A stretch of DNA of 64,000 bases from Syntrophales bacterium (GTDB lineage Bacteria > Desulfobacterota > Syntrophia > Syntrophales > UBA6807). The position numbers and the translations under genes are program-made. Positions 1 to 9,565 of this stretch are shown piece after piece; the stretch's first letter is position 1; each line of letters begins with the position of its first letter. A model generated the notes under the pieces. That model had not been told where the DNA came from. It was given only the letters and a program-made list of their open reading frames with translations, and searched no databases. The stretch lies in NCBI GenBank assembly GCA_040767195.1, contig JAXGPA010000001.1, forward strand, positions 96,001-160,000, read 5' to 3'.

Positions 1-1
1 G

Positions 2-337
2 TTTCTCATGCCTTCCCGGTTCGAGCCGTGTGGTCTCACCCAGATGTTCGCCCTTCGCTACGGCACCCTGCCCGTCGTCCGGGCCGTGGGCGGACTCAAC
101 GACACGGTGGAAAATTTCGATGGGGCAACGGGGGCGGGGACGGGTTTCAAATTTTACGATCTCACCGGCGACGCCGTCGTGAACACCCTTTCCTGGGCCC
201 TTTCGGTCTTTCGCGAAAGCCCGGATACGGTGACAGCCTTGAGAAAACGGGCCATGTCCCGCCGCTTCTCCTGGGAGGACACCGCCAGACAGTACGAACT
301 CCTTTACCGCCGGGCCGCAGAAAAAAGAGAAGACTGA
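2..337 (+). CDS. glgA: Glycogen synthase (GT5), C-terminal fragment; 5' end outside window
   Basis: [33 protein letters not shown] and [10 protein letters not shown] are hallmark GlgA C-terminal motifs; frame open from window edge. Confidence 0.9.
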   Translation, partial: FLMPSRFEPCGLTQMFALRYGTLPVVRAVGGLNDTVENFDGATGAGTGFKFYDLTGDAVVNTLSWALSVFRESPDTVTALRKRAMSRRFSWEDTARQYELLYRRAAEKRED

Positions 338-617
338 TGGAGGGAATCTTCCGACCCGGGGAAGCCCGGAAAACAAAGCGGTCGTCTAAATGCTGGCTTT
401 TACCTTGTATTAACCCGGTTATTTATTCGTATTGTCTTTCCCAGGGCAATCCTTTATGAAAATCGCATGTGTCGCCGGTTCCTTCCATATTTTCCGGAAA
501 GCACTATCCTTCCGGTAAAATTGAAGAGGGAAGACGGTGACGCAGGGGGCCGGTGGGTGTGTAAGGGGGTCTGCAGCCGCCATGGCGGGACAGGCTGCGC
601 CCCCGGTGAAATTTTGT

Positions 618-932
618 TCAGGCGTCCTTGAGAAGCTTCCTGTACCATTCCGACTCGGGATTACGCAACTCAGCGTTGATCTTTTTCCTGTCCCTCCAGA
701 GATATTCCACGATCTCGGGAACCGTCAGTCCCTGCTCGTTCTGCCATCCCGTGCCGAAAGAGGAAATGACACACCCGTGCCCTTCCCGGTCGCACCGGAT
801 GGTGACGATACCCCCGGAACTTCCCATGAGGGGAAGAAAGTAGTTAAAATCCCGCTGGTCCTCGGAGATCCTTCCGGCAAAATACCGGGCGTCTTTCTTG
901 GAGCGGATCTGAAAAGTCCTCTTTTTCTTCAT
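618..932 (-). CDS. Hypothetical protein, 104 aa
   Basis: Purine-rich SD (GGGGGAGAGG) before ATG, 14 nt downstream of the GH57-GT5 stop; no family recognised. Confidence 0.7.
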   Translation of the reverse strand: MKKKRTFQIRSKKDARYFAGRISEDQRDFNYFLPLMGSSGGIVTIRCDREGHGCVISSFGTGWQNEQGLTVPEIVEYLWRDRKKINAELRNPESEWYRKLLKDA

Positions 933-946
933 GACGCCTCTCCCCC

Positions 947-3646
947 CTAAAGGGGCTTGCCCCCGTTGAGCCTTTCGTAGACCGCCATGTATCGGTCAAT
1001 CATCGTATCCAGGTCGTACTGCTGCCGGGCTTCCCGCATGATGCGCCGGATCTGGGGCTCCCGGATCGACCAGGGACGGCGGTGAAACGCCGTGCTGCGG
1101 GAGAGGCCGTACCAGAGCCCCCCCGCGTCGTAATGCTGAAAGAGAAACCCGTTTCCACCGTCCCCCGGCGCCCCGTCCGTGGCCAGGCGGATCTCGCGGA
1201 TCTTGTCGTGGTACCCGCCGGTGTCGCGATTCGTCGCCGTGGCGCCGAAAAGGTTCCCCACCTGGTCGATCTGGCCGCAGGGCTCGTAGAGGGACGCCCC
1301 GAAAACGTCGTTCGCCGCGGCAAACCCCAGCATGGACAGCCCCTCGTCGAAGTGGTAGTAGCAGATCTTGCCTCCCGACGCCCAGGCGATCCGGCCGAGG
1401 GCTTCCTCGTGGCTCCGGTCCCCGCCGACCCCGTCGCCGACGATGGCGATCTGCACGTCTCCGTTTTCGATAACGAAGCGCAGGGCGATCTCTTCCAGGA
1501 GGTGGACGCCTTTCTGGACCGGGTCGAGACGGGAAGGCCAGAAAAACAGGATGGCCTCGGGGTTTACCTGGAGGCCCGTCCTCTTCTGAAATTCGAGGAG
1601 GTTCTCCTTCTTGGCCGACAGGACGTCGTCGTCGGGACCGTATTTCACGGCGAGATGATCGCAGTGTTCGGGATACATGACCCGCCCGGGGGCGTTGATG
1701 ATCGCCAGGGCGGACCCGTGATAGTATTTTTCCTTGACCTCCTGCCGGACCCCGGCCGGGACGATGTAGCGGTCCATGAAGTAATCCTGCACGACTTCCT
1801 CGAGAAACCGGTGTCCCACGAAGTTGATGAGGGTGGCGTTCTTCACCGCCGTGGCCTGGCAGTCAAGGCAGGCCCGGCCGTATTCCTCCGAATAGAAGAG
1901 GAGATCCGCCAGGGTTTTCAGATCGACGCCGTAGAGCATGTCCAGGGGGATGTGGCCGGTGAACACGTTGTGGACCGTGTGAAGGACAGGGATCTGCCGT
2001 GACTTGGCATAGGCCGTGATGGCGCCGCCGGCCATCCAGTCATGGCTGTGAATGATGAGCCGCCCCCCGCTCTTGGCCCGGACCTCCTTGATCACGTTGT
2101 TCACCATCTCCCGCTGGTACTCGGCGGCGTTCTGGAGGGGATTCCCGGCATAGGCGCTGGGCAGATCGGCGAAAAAGGACGAGCTGATGAGGTGGATCTT
2201 GTCGGGATCGATGCGGTAGCGGATCTCCCGCCAGCTCCCCTCGTCCATCCGGCTTTCCCGCTGGAAACGCTTTTTCAGGTTAAGCGTGGCGAGATGTATA
2301 TCCACTTCCCGCTCGATGAGCCCCTCGCACAGGGCGGTGACGACCTCGCCCAGCCCGCCGCTCTTTCCCGAGATGTACCGGGCCAGGGCGCTCATGTGTT
2401 CCGGCAGCCTTCCCGTTTCCGGGGCGATGAGGAGGAGCGCGGTCTGTTCCTTTTTGCGGCGAACCCGGTTCTCCTTGATGTCGCTGTCGATGTCGTCCAC
2501 CTTGCGGGTCAGGACATGAGAGGCCTGGGTGATGGAGCCCCCGTAAGGGTTGAAATAGGAATGGACGGCATGGTCTTCCCCCACCCGTTCGTGAAGAAAA
2601 TAAATGTGATCCGAGGTGGTCACGTTCCGCCACCGCCACAGGAGCTCGCCGCCCATCCGCCGGGCCCCGGCCTCGAGGCGCTCGATTTCCTGAAAGAGCT
2701 TGTACTGGGTCATGGTCCCGAGCCAGCCGAAGGTGTCCCGGCCCACGTCGGCCCAGGAGGACGTGGCGAGGCTGTGAATGTCCAGTTCAGGGCAGTGGGC
2801 GTCCCGGAAGCGGTCGGCCACTTCCGTGGGGTTGGCCATGATGACGCCCTGGTGTTCCGAGAGGGCCCGGGGGAGGTTTTTCCAGAAATCGAAAATGCCC
2901 CTGTCCTCCCAGATGTGCTCCCCGATGTGCTCGAAATCGTAACCGAGAACCACCGACTCCCCGTCGACCCGGCCGATGCTTTCGGCATAGTCTTCCGCCT
3001 TCAGCGGGTGGTGGGGAAAACGGAAAGCCACGTCGTCGCTCAGGTCCCTGTTCCTGGGAAGGACGACGAGGCCCGTTCCCCGGGCCCGGAAGACGGCGTT
3101 GGGCGAAACGGGAACGTTCTGGCGGGTGTACATGTCGTCACGCTTCTCGCAGAGGATGGACCGGTACCCCAGGTCCCAGACGACGGTGGCGATGTCGTTG
3201 TTGTACATGAGTTCGGTGTTGCGAAAGGAGGTGGGCGTCACCCCGAAGAGTTCCTGGAGTTTCCTGCCGTGAAGGGCCACCTGGTCCCGGAATTCCCGTT
3301 TCCGGGGGTCGCCGAAAAGCCCCGCCAGTGAGTGATAGTAAGTTTCCCCGAGGATCTCCACCTGGTTGTTTTCTTTTCCCGCATCGAGCAACTCCCTGAG
3401 GACGCCGATCACCTCGGGCCGGTACAGCTCCGCCTGCTCCAGGAACGTCCCCGAGGTCCCCAGGGTGATCTTGAAATCCCGGTGATCCCTGATGAGATCC
3501 CGGAACATGGCGAGAGCGGGAAGGTAGCACTTGTCGGAAACCTTCCGGAACACGCTCTCGTTCATCTCGTCCCAGAGAAACGTGTCCCGGTCCGGATGGA
3601 GCCTGAAGGGCTGATGAAGCTGAAAATAAAATGTCAGTAAAGGCAT
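947..3646 (-). CDS. Fusion of GH57 amylase-family hydrolase (N-terminal) and GT5 glycogen synthase-like domain (C-terminal)
   Basis: GH57 motifs HQP, ETYYHSL, RNTEL, DFEHIGEH; GT5 motifs KSGGL, HSHDW, HTVHN, SRLDPVQKG, EPCG. Confidence 0.88.
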   Translation of the reverse strand: MPLLTFYFQLHQPFRLHPDRDTFLWDEMNESVFRKVSDKCYLPALAMFRDLIRDHRDFKITLGTSGTFLEQAELYRPEVIGVLRELLDAGKENNQVEILGETYYHSLAGLFGDPRKREFRDQVALHGRKLQELFGVTPTSFRNTELMYNNDIATVVWDLGYRSILCEKRDDMYTRQNVPVSPNAVFRARGTGLVVLPRNRDLSDDVAFRFPHHPLKAEDYAESIGRVDGESVVLGYDFEHIGEHIWEDRGIFDFWKNLPRALSEHQGVIMANPTEVADRFRDAHCPELDIHSLATSSWADVGRDTFGWLGTMTQYKLFQEIERLEAGARRMGGELLWRWRNVTTSDHIYFLHERVGEDHAVHSYFNPYGGSITQASHVLTRKVDDIDSDIKENRVRRKKEQTALLLIAPETGRLPEHMSALARYISGKSGGLGEVVTALCEGLIEREVDIHLATLNLKKRFQRESRMDEGSWREIRYRIDPDKIHLISSSFFADLPSAYAGNPLQNAAEYQREMVNNVIKEVRAKSGGRLIIHSHDWMAGGAITAYAKSRQIPVLHTVHNVFTGHIPLDMLYGVDLKTLADLLFYSEEYGRACLDCQATAVKNATLINFVGHRFLEEVVQDYFMDRYIVPAGVRQEVKEKYYHGSALAIINAPGRVMYPEHCDHLAVKYGPDDDVLSAKKENLLEFQKRTGLQVNPEAILFFWPSRLDPVQKGVHLLEEIALRFVIENGDVQIAIVGDGVGGDRSHEEALGRIAWASGGKICYYHFDEGLSMLGFAAANDVFGASLYEPCGQIDQVGNLFGATATNRDTGGYHDKIREIRLATDGAPGDGGNGFLFQHYDAGGLWYGLSRSTAFHRRPWSIREPQIRRIMREARQQYDLDTMIDRYMAVYERLNGGKPL

Positions 3647-3946
3647 AAGACCGATCTCTCAAGCCGGTTCTTTCCCTCCGGCTCGCCTCGCTGTTTTTGT
3701 CAGAAGAATCAGGAAAACATCAAATGAACAGGCCGATGAACCTGTGCCGGTGCCCCTCAAGCCACCTGCCCTGTTTGAGAAAATTCTGAAACACCGGGGG
3801 CACTCGGAATACCCACGCTCTTTTATTGATAACGTAAATCCCGGTGAAAGACAACAAAAAACGCCCCGGTCCGGATTCCTTTCCGCCGGAATATTTCCGT
3901 TTCCCCGTTCACGGTCTTCCGGCGTCACGTCGCCTCGCGCGAGCCC

Positions 3947-4735
3947 TTACCTGGCGAGAAACCCGCCGTCCACGACAAGAACGTGACCGGTCACATAACG
4001 GGCGGCGGCGGAAGCCAGGAAGACAGCCACCCCCTTGACATCCTCCCGCTGGCCCACCCGGCCCAGGGGAATTTTTCGAAGCATGGTCTCCCGGGCCTTT
4101 TCAAAACCGGGGGTATCGATGTAGGCCATCATGTCCGTCTTGAAATAACCGGGGGCGATGGCGTTGACCCGAATGCCCCAGGGCGCCAGCTTGACGGCCA
4201 GGTTCATGGTCAGGGCGTTTATGGCGGCCTTGGTGGAATTGTATGGAACGGCGGGATGGAACTCCTCCTCGGAGCCCCGGAAAGCCATGACGGAGGAAAT
4301 GTTGATAATGCTTCCGCCGCCTTTTTCCTTCATCAGCCGGGCCACCCTCTGGGTGAGGAACCACACCCCCCGGACGTTGACCTGGAAGAGCCGGTCCCAC
4401 TGTTCCCGGGGAAAGTCCAGGGTCGGCGCGCCCCAGGTCACGCCGGCGTTGTTCACGAGGATGTCGATGCGGCCGAAACGCTCCACCGAGGCGTCAAACA
4501 GCCTGTCGATGTCCTCCGCCTTCCCCAGGTCGCAGGAAACAGGAAAAACGGCGCTTCCGAAGGTCTCTTCAATCTTCCCGGCGGCCGCCTCGAGGTTTTT
4601 CATTTTCCGGGACGCGAGGACGAGATCCGCCCCCGCCTCGGCCAGGCCGGCGGCAATGTAATTCCCGATTCCCCGGCCCCCGCCCGTCACCAGGGCCACC
4701 TTCCCCTTCAACCCGAAAAGATCCTGCATGCTCAC
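3947..4735 (-). CDS. Short-chain dehydrogenase/reductase (classical SDR)
   Basis: TGGGRGIG, NNAG, YNSTK catalytic motif, VDGG C-terminus. Confidence 0.93.
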   Translation of the reverse strand: MSMQDLFGLKGKVALVTGGGRGIGNYIAAGLAEAGADLVLASRKMKNLEAAAGKIEETFGSAVFPVSCDLGKAEDIDRLFDASVERFGRIDILVNNAGVTWGAPTLDFPREQWDRLFQVNVRGVWFLTQRVARLMKEKGGGSIINISSVMAFRGSEEEFHPAVPYNSTKAAINALTMNLAVKLAPWGIRVNAIAPGYFKTDMMAYIDTPGFEKARETMLRKIPLGRVGQREDVKGVAVFLASAAARYVTGHVLVVDGGFLAR

Positions 4736-4759
4736 CGATTCTCCTTTCCCGAAAATTCT

Positions 4760-5578
4760 TCACATCGACGGGGGGAGATTTTTGAAGGCCCGCCCGTCGG
4801 GAAGATACTCGACAATCCCCTCATCGGTCTCCTCCATCCGGGTCAGAATCCCCCGGACCGTTTTTTTTTCCGCCGCCCGGAAGACATCTTCCGGCGTTTC
4901 ATAAGACGCGAGTTCCTCCATGGTCATCAGGGTGGGCAGAACCATGTCGAAGGCACCCGATCGAAACCGGTCCAGGGCCTCCCGGGGAGAAATCCAGACG
5001 TGACCGGTGAGTTCGACGCCGTCATGGACGGCCTTCTGCCCCGGCGGCGCCGGGGCGACAAAAAACCGGACGTCATACCGCAGAGGCAGGTATTCCGGCG
5101 TGATCCAGTGGGAAAAATAATGAAGCCCGTCGCCTGCGAGCGTGAGATTTTCACTCTCGAGGAAACGGGAAAAGGTGATTTTTCCCTCGGAAAGAAGGCG
5201 ACGGTAATGACAAAACCGCTCCCGGTCGGGGTTTCCCCGGAAGCGGACCCATTCTCCCCGGGTGTCCCGGGCCAGGAGGATGCCCGCTTCCTCGAAAGTC
5301 TCCCGGATCGCCGCCACCCAGGAACCAAGGGCGATCTCCGGGGAGGGGCAATCCTCGAGAAGCTCCCATGCCTTTTCCCGGGTCATGCCGGCCAGGCGTT
5401 CCGCCATTTCCCCGAAGCAGTCTTCCCGGTCGAGGGCGCCTCCGGGAAACACGTACGCCCTGGGAACAAAGGGGCTCTTGGGGTGCCGGAGGACCATGAG
5501 GACTTCGAACCCGCCGGCCTCCGAGGGGGCTTCCCGCAACAGGATCAGCGTGGCCGCCTCCCTGGGCTTGACGATCAT
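4760..5578 (-). CDS. Nudix hydrolase, NUDT19-like (possible acyl-CoA diphosphatase)
   Basis: AATLILLR, YVFPGG, split Nudix box AAIRETFEEAG, HWITP..RYDVRFF; ATG 5578 has GGAGG SD. Confidence 0.85.
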   Translation of the reverse strand: MIVKPREAATLILLREAPSEAGGFEVLMVLRHPKSPFVPRAYVFPGGALDREDCFGEMAERLAGMTREKAWELLEDCPSPEIALGSWVAAIRETFEEAGILLARDTRGEWVRFRGNPDRERFCHYRRLLSEGKITFSRFLESENLTLAGDGLHYFSHWITPEYLPLRYDVRFFVAPAPPGQKAVHDGVELTGHVWISPREALDRFRSGAFDMVLPTLMTMEELASYETPEDVFRAAEKKTVRGILTRMEETDEGIVEYLPDGRAFKNLPPSM

Positions 5579-5676
5579 TTCCTCCATTCCTTTCTCGTTC
5601 ACGGGACAGCCGCTTTTCCCGACGCCGGGCCGGCTCCATCGATCCGGCGACATCCCCCATGGGTTTCGACAGGTTA

Positions 5677-5705
5677 CTTATACACCACGGACCCCCCATG
5701 GTCAA
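5677..5705 (-). promoter_or_regulatory. sigma70-like promoter for Nudix-SDR
   Basis: TTGACC-17 nt-TATAAG on minus strand. Confidence 0.55.
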
Positions 5706-5781
5706 AGAAAACGGCATTCTTTTCACTTTACAAGGGCTTCCCCAGCTGGTAGGGTTCCTCTTTAAATCACGGCAGGCCCAG

Positions 5782-6948
5782 ATGGAAGAGAACATTCATC
5801 GCATCCCCCTGAATGAAAAGGAGATCATCCTCGTCGGGACGGCCCACGTGTCCCGGGACAGCGCCGATCTTGTGGAGCGGGTCATTTCGGAAGAACGCCC
5901 CGACACGGTGTGCATCGAGCTTTGCCGGTCCCGTTACGAAGCGGTCACGCGAAAGGAGGAATGGGAAAAAACGGACCTTTTCCGGGTGATCCGGGAAAAA
6001 AGGTCCGCCCAGCTTCTCGCCCAGCTGCTCATGGCTTCCTTCCAGAAAAAGCTGGCCGACCGGTTCGGCATCAGGCCGGGGGAGGAAATGCTCCGGGCCA
6101 TGGCCCAGGCCGAGGCCGTGGGCGCGGAAATTGTCCTCGCCGACCGGGATATCCGCACCACCATGATGCGGACCTGGCGGAAGATGAGGTTCACAAGCAG
6201 GCTGCGCCTCATGGCGGAGATCCCCCTGTCTCTTTTTCTCTCCGATGACATCACGGAAGAGGACGTGGAGAAGCTGAAGGAGCAGGACGCCCTGGAGGCG
6301 GCCCTTCAGACCTTCGGGAAAAAGCTTCCCGAGGTGCGGGAAACCCTGATCGAGGAGCGGGACCGTTTCATGGCCCACGCCATAAGCCATGCGCCGGGAC
6401 GGAAGATCGTCGCCGTCGCCGGAGCGGGCCATGTGCCGGGCATCCTTCGACACCTGGCAGAGGAAGAAAACGCCGACCTGGAGGAACTGACGAGAATTCC
6501 CCCGCCCGGACCGGTGGGAAGAGCCGTCCAGTGGCTCGTCCCCCTGGGTGTCCTGGCTCTCATAATCGCCGGGTTTCTCAAGTCGGGAGCCGCAGCAGGG
6601 CTGGGCATGGTCAAGTGGTGGATCGTGGCAAACGGGGTTCTGGCCGCCCTGGGCGCCCTCATCGTATTGGCCCACCCGGTCACGGTGGCCGCGTCCTTCG
6701 CCGCGGCGCCGCTCACCTCTCTGAACCCCATGATCGCCGCGGGCTGGGTGGCCGGCCTGGTGGAAGCCTCTCTCCGGAAACCACGGGTCGCCGATTTCGT
6801 CCACCTGAGAGAGGACATCTCTTCCCTTCGGGGCTTCTGGCGAAACAAGATCACCCGGATCCTCCTCCTCGTCATTTTCGTGAACCTCGGGAGTGTCGTG
6901 GGAACCTTCGCCGCCCTCCCCCTCATGGTGCGCTATCTCAGCGGCTGA
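5782..6948 (+). CDS. TraB/PrgY/GumN family protein with C-terminal membrane segments
   Basis: LVGTAHVS, VCIELC..R, PGEEM, LADRDI, ERD, AGAGHVPG; hydrophobic C-terminus. Confidence 0.9.
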   Translation: MEENIHRIPLNEKEIILVGTAHVSRDSADLVERVISEERPDTVCIELCRSRYEAVTRKEEWEKTDLFRVIREKRSAQLLAQLLMASFQKKLADRFGIRPGEEMLRAMAQAEAVGAEIVLADRDIRTTMMRTWRKMRFTSRLRLMAEIPLSLFLSDDITEEDVEKLKEQDALEAALQTFGKKLPEVRETLIEERDRFMAHAISHAPGRKIVAVAGAGHVPGILRHLAEEENADLEELTRIPPPGPVGRAVQWLVPLGVLALIIAGFLKSGAAAGLGMVKWWIVANGVLAALGALIVLAHPVTVAASFAAAPLTSLNPMIAAGWVAGLVEASLRKPRVADFVHLREDISSLRGFWRNKITRILLLVIFVNLGSVVGTFAALPLMVRYLSG

Positions 6949-6994
6949 AAACGGTCTGCATTAAAGGATAAAGGAGCGCCCGGAAAAGACAACC

Positions 6995-7837
6995 ATGGAA
7001 CGGCAAAGAACATCCCTCCTGTGCCCTAACTGCCGGAAACTTATCAGCGCCGACGAGCGCCGGTGCCCTCACTGCGGCCTGGAAAACCCCGGCGCCCCCG
7101 TGAAACGTCTTCTTTACCTGCCGTTCATGAGAGGAAAGGGGGACTGGATCCGCATCATCCTCTACGTCAATGCCGCCTTCTTCATCCTTTCCCTGGTCAT
7201 CAACCCGTCAGGCCTGGGGATTTCCATGAATCCCTTCGCCCTTCTTTCCCCTTCCAACGAGAGCCTCTTCCTTCTCGGCGCCACGGGCACTCTCCCCATC
7301 GACCGGCTTCACCGGTGGTGGACCCTCATCTCCGCCTCCTACCTGCACGGGGGAATCATCCACATCTTCTTCAACATGATGGCCTTCCTGCAGCTTGGCC
7401 CCTTCGTCCTCCGGGAATACGGGTTTTCCCGTTTCTTTCTCGTCTACACCTGGAGCGGCGTTCTCGGTTTCCTCCTCTCGTACGGGGCGGGAATCCCTTT
7501 TACCATCGGCGCCTCGGCAAGCATCTGCGGTCTCATCGGGGCGACCCTCTATTTCGGGAAAAGCCGCGGTGGTGTGTATGGAAACGCCGTTTACCGACAG
7601 GTCATGGGATGGGTAGTCGGCCTCTTCCTCTTCGGGTTTCTCGTGCCCGGGATCAACAACTGGGCCCACTTCGGCGGAATCGCCGGCGGGATTCTCCTGG
7701 GGTTTCTTCTCGGCTACGAGGACATGAGAAGGGAAACCACGGTGGAACGCCTCCTGGCCGCCGCAACGGTGATCCTCACAGGCGGGATCCTGGTCTTCGC
7801 CCTCGTTCAGGCTTTTTATTTCCGCTTCTTCACATAG
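6995..7837 (+). CDS. Rhomboid intramembrane serine protease with N-terminal zinc ribbon
   Basis: CPNC..CPHC; YLHGGIIHIFFNM, GAS catalytic Ser, NWAHFGG catalytic His. Confidence 0.9.
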   Translation: MERQRTSLLCPNCRKLISADERRCPHCGLENPGAPVKRLLYLPFMRGKGDWIRIILYVNAAFFILSLVINPSGLGISMNPFALLSPSNESLFLLGATGTLPIDRLHRWWTLISASYLHGGIIHIFFNMMAFLQLGPFVLREYGFSRFFLVYTWSGVLGFLLSYGAGIPFTIGASASICGLIGATLYFGKSRGGVYGNAVYRQVMGWVVGLFLFGFLVPGINNWAHFGGIAGGILLGFLLGYEDMRRETTVERLLAAATVILTGGILVFALVQAFYFRFFT

Positions 7838-7875
7838 GGCTTCAAACCACCCATGACCCGGCGGCCGCCGCTCTA

Positions 7876-7904
7876 TTGACAGGCCGCGCCGGTTTTCCTA
7901 TAGT
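7876..7904 (+). promoter_or_regulatory. sigma70-like promoter for the lipoprotein-sfsA-SLOG-thyX unit
   Basis: TTGACA-17 nt-TATAGT. Confidence 0.65.
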
Positions 7905-7967
7905 TTCATGAAATCCCCCGGGAACGGAACGGATCACCACCCTGCCGGGAATGAAAGGAGAAACGCC

Positions 7968-8360
7968 GTGAGAAAACGCCTGTCTCTTGCAGTCATCGTC
8001 TGGCTGATCGCCGCCTCCGGGTGCGCCCTCACCGTGGGCAAACAGACCGTGGGCATCCAGTCGGGACGGTTCTTTTTCACCGACGGCGTCCTGAGAACCA
8101 ATTACCACGCCCCCTTCGAATCGGTCTGGGAAGCCTGCCGTCAGGCCATGAAAGACATGGGCGTCTCCGGCATCGAGGAAAACCGGAAGATCTCCCGGGG
8201 AAAAATAACCGGGAGCCTTCAGGGAGAGGCCGTGGAAATCGGCATCGATTACGCCGAGTACAACGTGATCACCGTCGGCGTCCGGGTGGGTATCGCGGGA
8301 AACAACGCCATGTCGCGGCTGTTTCACGACCGGATCAGGGAAAACCTCCTGAAAAAATAG
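7968..8360 (+). CDS. Lipoprotein, DUF3568-like
   Basis: GTG with AAGGAG SD; signal peptide with lipobox AASGC; C-terminal VRVGIAGN..S..FH.I pattern. Confidence 0.7.
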   Translation: MRKRLSLAVIVWLIAASGCALTVGKQTVGIQSGRFFFTDGVLRTNYHAPFESVWEACRQAMKDMGVSGIEENRKISRGKITGSLQGEAVEIGIDYAEYNVITVGVRVGIAGNNAMSRLFHDRIRENLLKK

Positions 8361-8413
8361 GAGAGGACCGCTGCCGTCCGAAATCGTCATCCCCGTTGCC
8401 GAAAGCTCGCGAG

Positions 8414-9565
8414 ATGGAAAACCGGCTCATCCTGTTTCCCCGAACGGTCAAGGCCCTTTTTACCCGGCGGCTGAACCGGTTCGCCCTGGAATGCCTGATC
8501 GACGGCAAGCCGGTCCGGGCCCATCTGCCCAACCCCGGGAGGCTCTGGGAGCTTCTTCTTCCCGGGAAAACGGTCTATCTCACCGAAAGCAACTCGGCCA
8601 AGAGGATGACAGCATACACCGCGGTGGCCGTCCTTCGGGAAGGCCTTCCCGTTTTCCTGCACACCCATGAAACGAACCGGGCCGTCGCGTGGCTCCTGGA
8701 TCAGCAGGCGATTCCCGGCCTGGAAAAGGTGGATCGCATCGAGAGGGAAAAGACCGTCGGGAACAGCCGGTTCGATTTTCTTCTCCACGAGGGGAACCGG
8801 CCTCTTTACCTGGAAGTCAAGTCATGCACCCTTTTCGGCAATAAAATCGCAATGTTCCCCGATGCCGTGACAGTCCGCGGCAGGCGGCACCTTTCGGCCC
8901 TGTCCCGGTTGCCGGGCACCCGACGCAGCGGGGGGGTTCTCTTCTTCGTCCAATGGCCCCGGGCCCGTTTTTTTCTGCCCGATTACCACACCGACCCGGA
9001 TTTCACGGCGACCTTCCTGGCGGTTCGCCACAGGATCCGAATCCAGGCCGTCGCGGCAACGTGGAACGGGGACCTCGGGCTGTCCCCCCGCGTCCGGGAG
9101 CTCGTCATCCCCTGGGACCTGATCATCCAGGAGGCGAAAGACCGGGGAAGCTATCTCCTCGTTCTCCGCCTGGACAGGGGGGTTTCCCTCTCCGTGGGAA
9201 AAATGGGCCGGGTTTCCTTCGAAAAAGGGCATTACATTTACGTGGGGTCCGCCCGGCGCGGCCTCTCCCGGAGAATCGACAGGCACTTGAGAAAAAGGAA
9301 ATCCTTCTTCTGGCACATCGATTACCTGAGAAACGAGGCGGACAAGGTGACCGCCATCCCCATCCGGTCCGGTTTCGACGACGAGTGCGACCTCGCCGCG
9401 GACCTCGCCGCTGTCACCGAGGGGTCCGTCCCGGGATTCGGCTGCTCCGACTGTTCCTGCGACAGCCACCTTTTCCGCATGACCGGGTCACCCCTCTCGT
9501 CTCCCCCGTTCATCGATCTTCTTCTCCACTACCGCATCGGGCGGCTGGAAAACCTTCTCCCATGA
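8414..9565 (+). CDS. sfsA: SfsA family nuclease fused to DUF123/GIY-YIG domain
   Basis: RLNRF, HLPNPGRL, SRFDF, LEVKSCTL, FPDAVT.RG.RHL (SfsA); GSY.L, YIYVGSA, WHIDYL, GFGCSDC.C.SHL (DUF123). Confidence 0.88.
   Translation: MENRLILFPRTVKALFTRRLNRFALECLIDGKPVRAHLPNPGRLWELLLPGKTVYLTESNSAKRMTAYTAVAVLREGLPVFLHTHETNRAVAWLLDQQAIPGLEKVDRIEREKTVGNSRFDFLLHEGNRPLYLEVKSCTLFGNKIAMFPDAVTVRGRRHLSALSRLPGTRRSGGVLFFVQWPRARFFLPDYHTDPDFTATFLAVRHRIRIQAVAATWNGDLGLSPRVRELVIPWDLIIQEAKDRGSYLLVLRLDRGVSLSVGKMGRVSFEKGHYIYVGSARRGLSRRIDRHLRKRKSFFWHIDYLRNEADKVTAIPIRSGFDDECDLAADLAAVTEGSVPGFGCSDCSCDSHLFRMTGSPLSSPPFIDLLLHYRIGRLENLLP

Noticed and set aside
478..535. SRP RNA (CCGGAAGGA on minus strand)
   Set aside because: Lacks the CAGG...GGAA...AGCAG helix 8 context
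5782..6948. Conjugation system suggested by the TraB name
   Set aside because: TraB/PrgY/GumN family is unrelated to type IV secretion; no tra genes nearby
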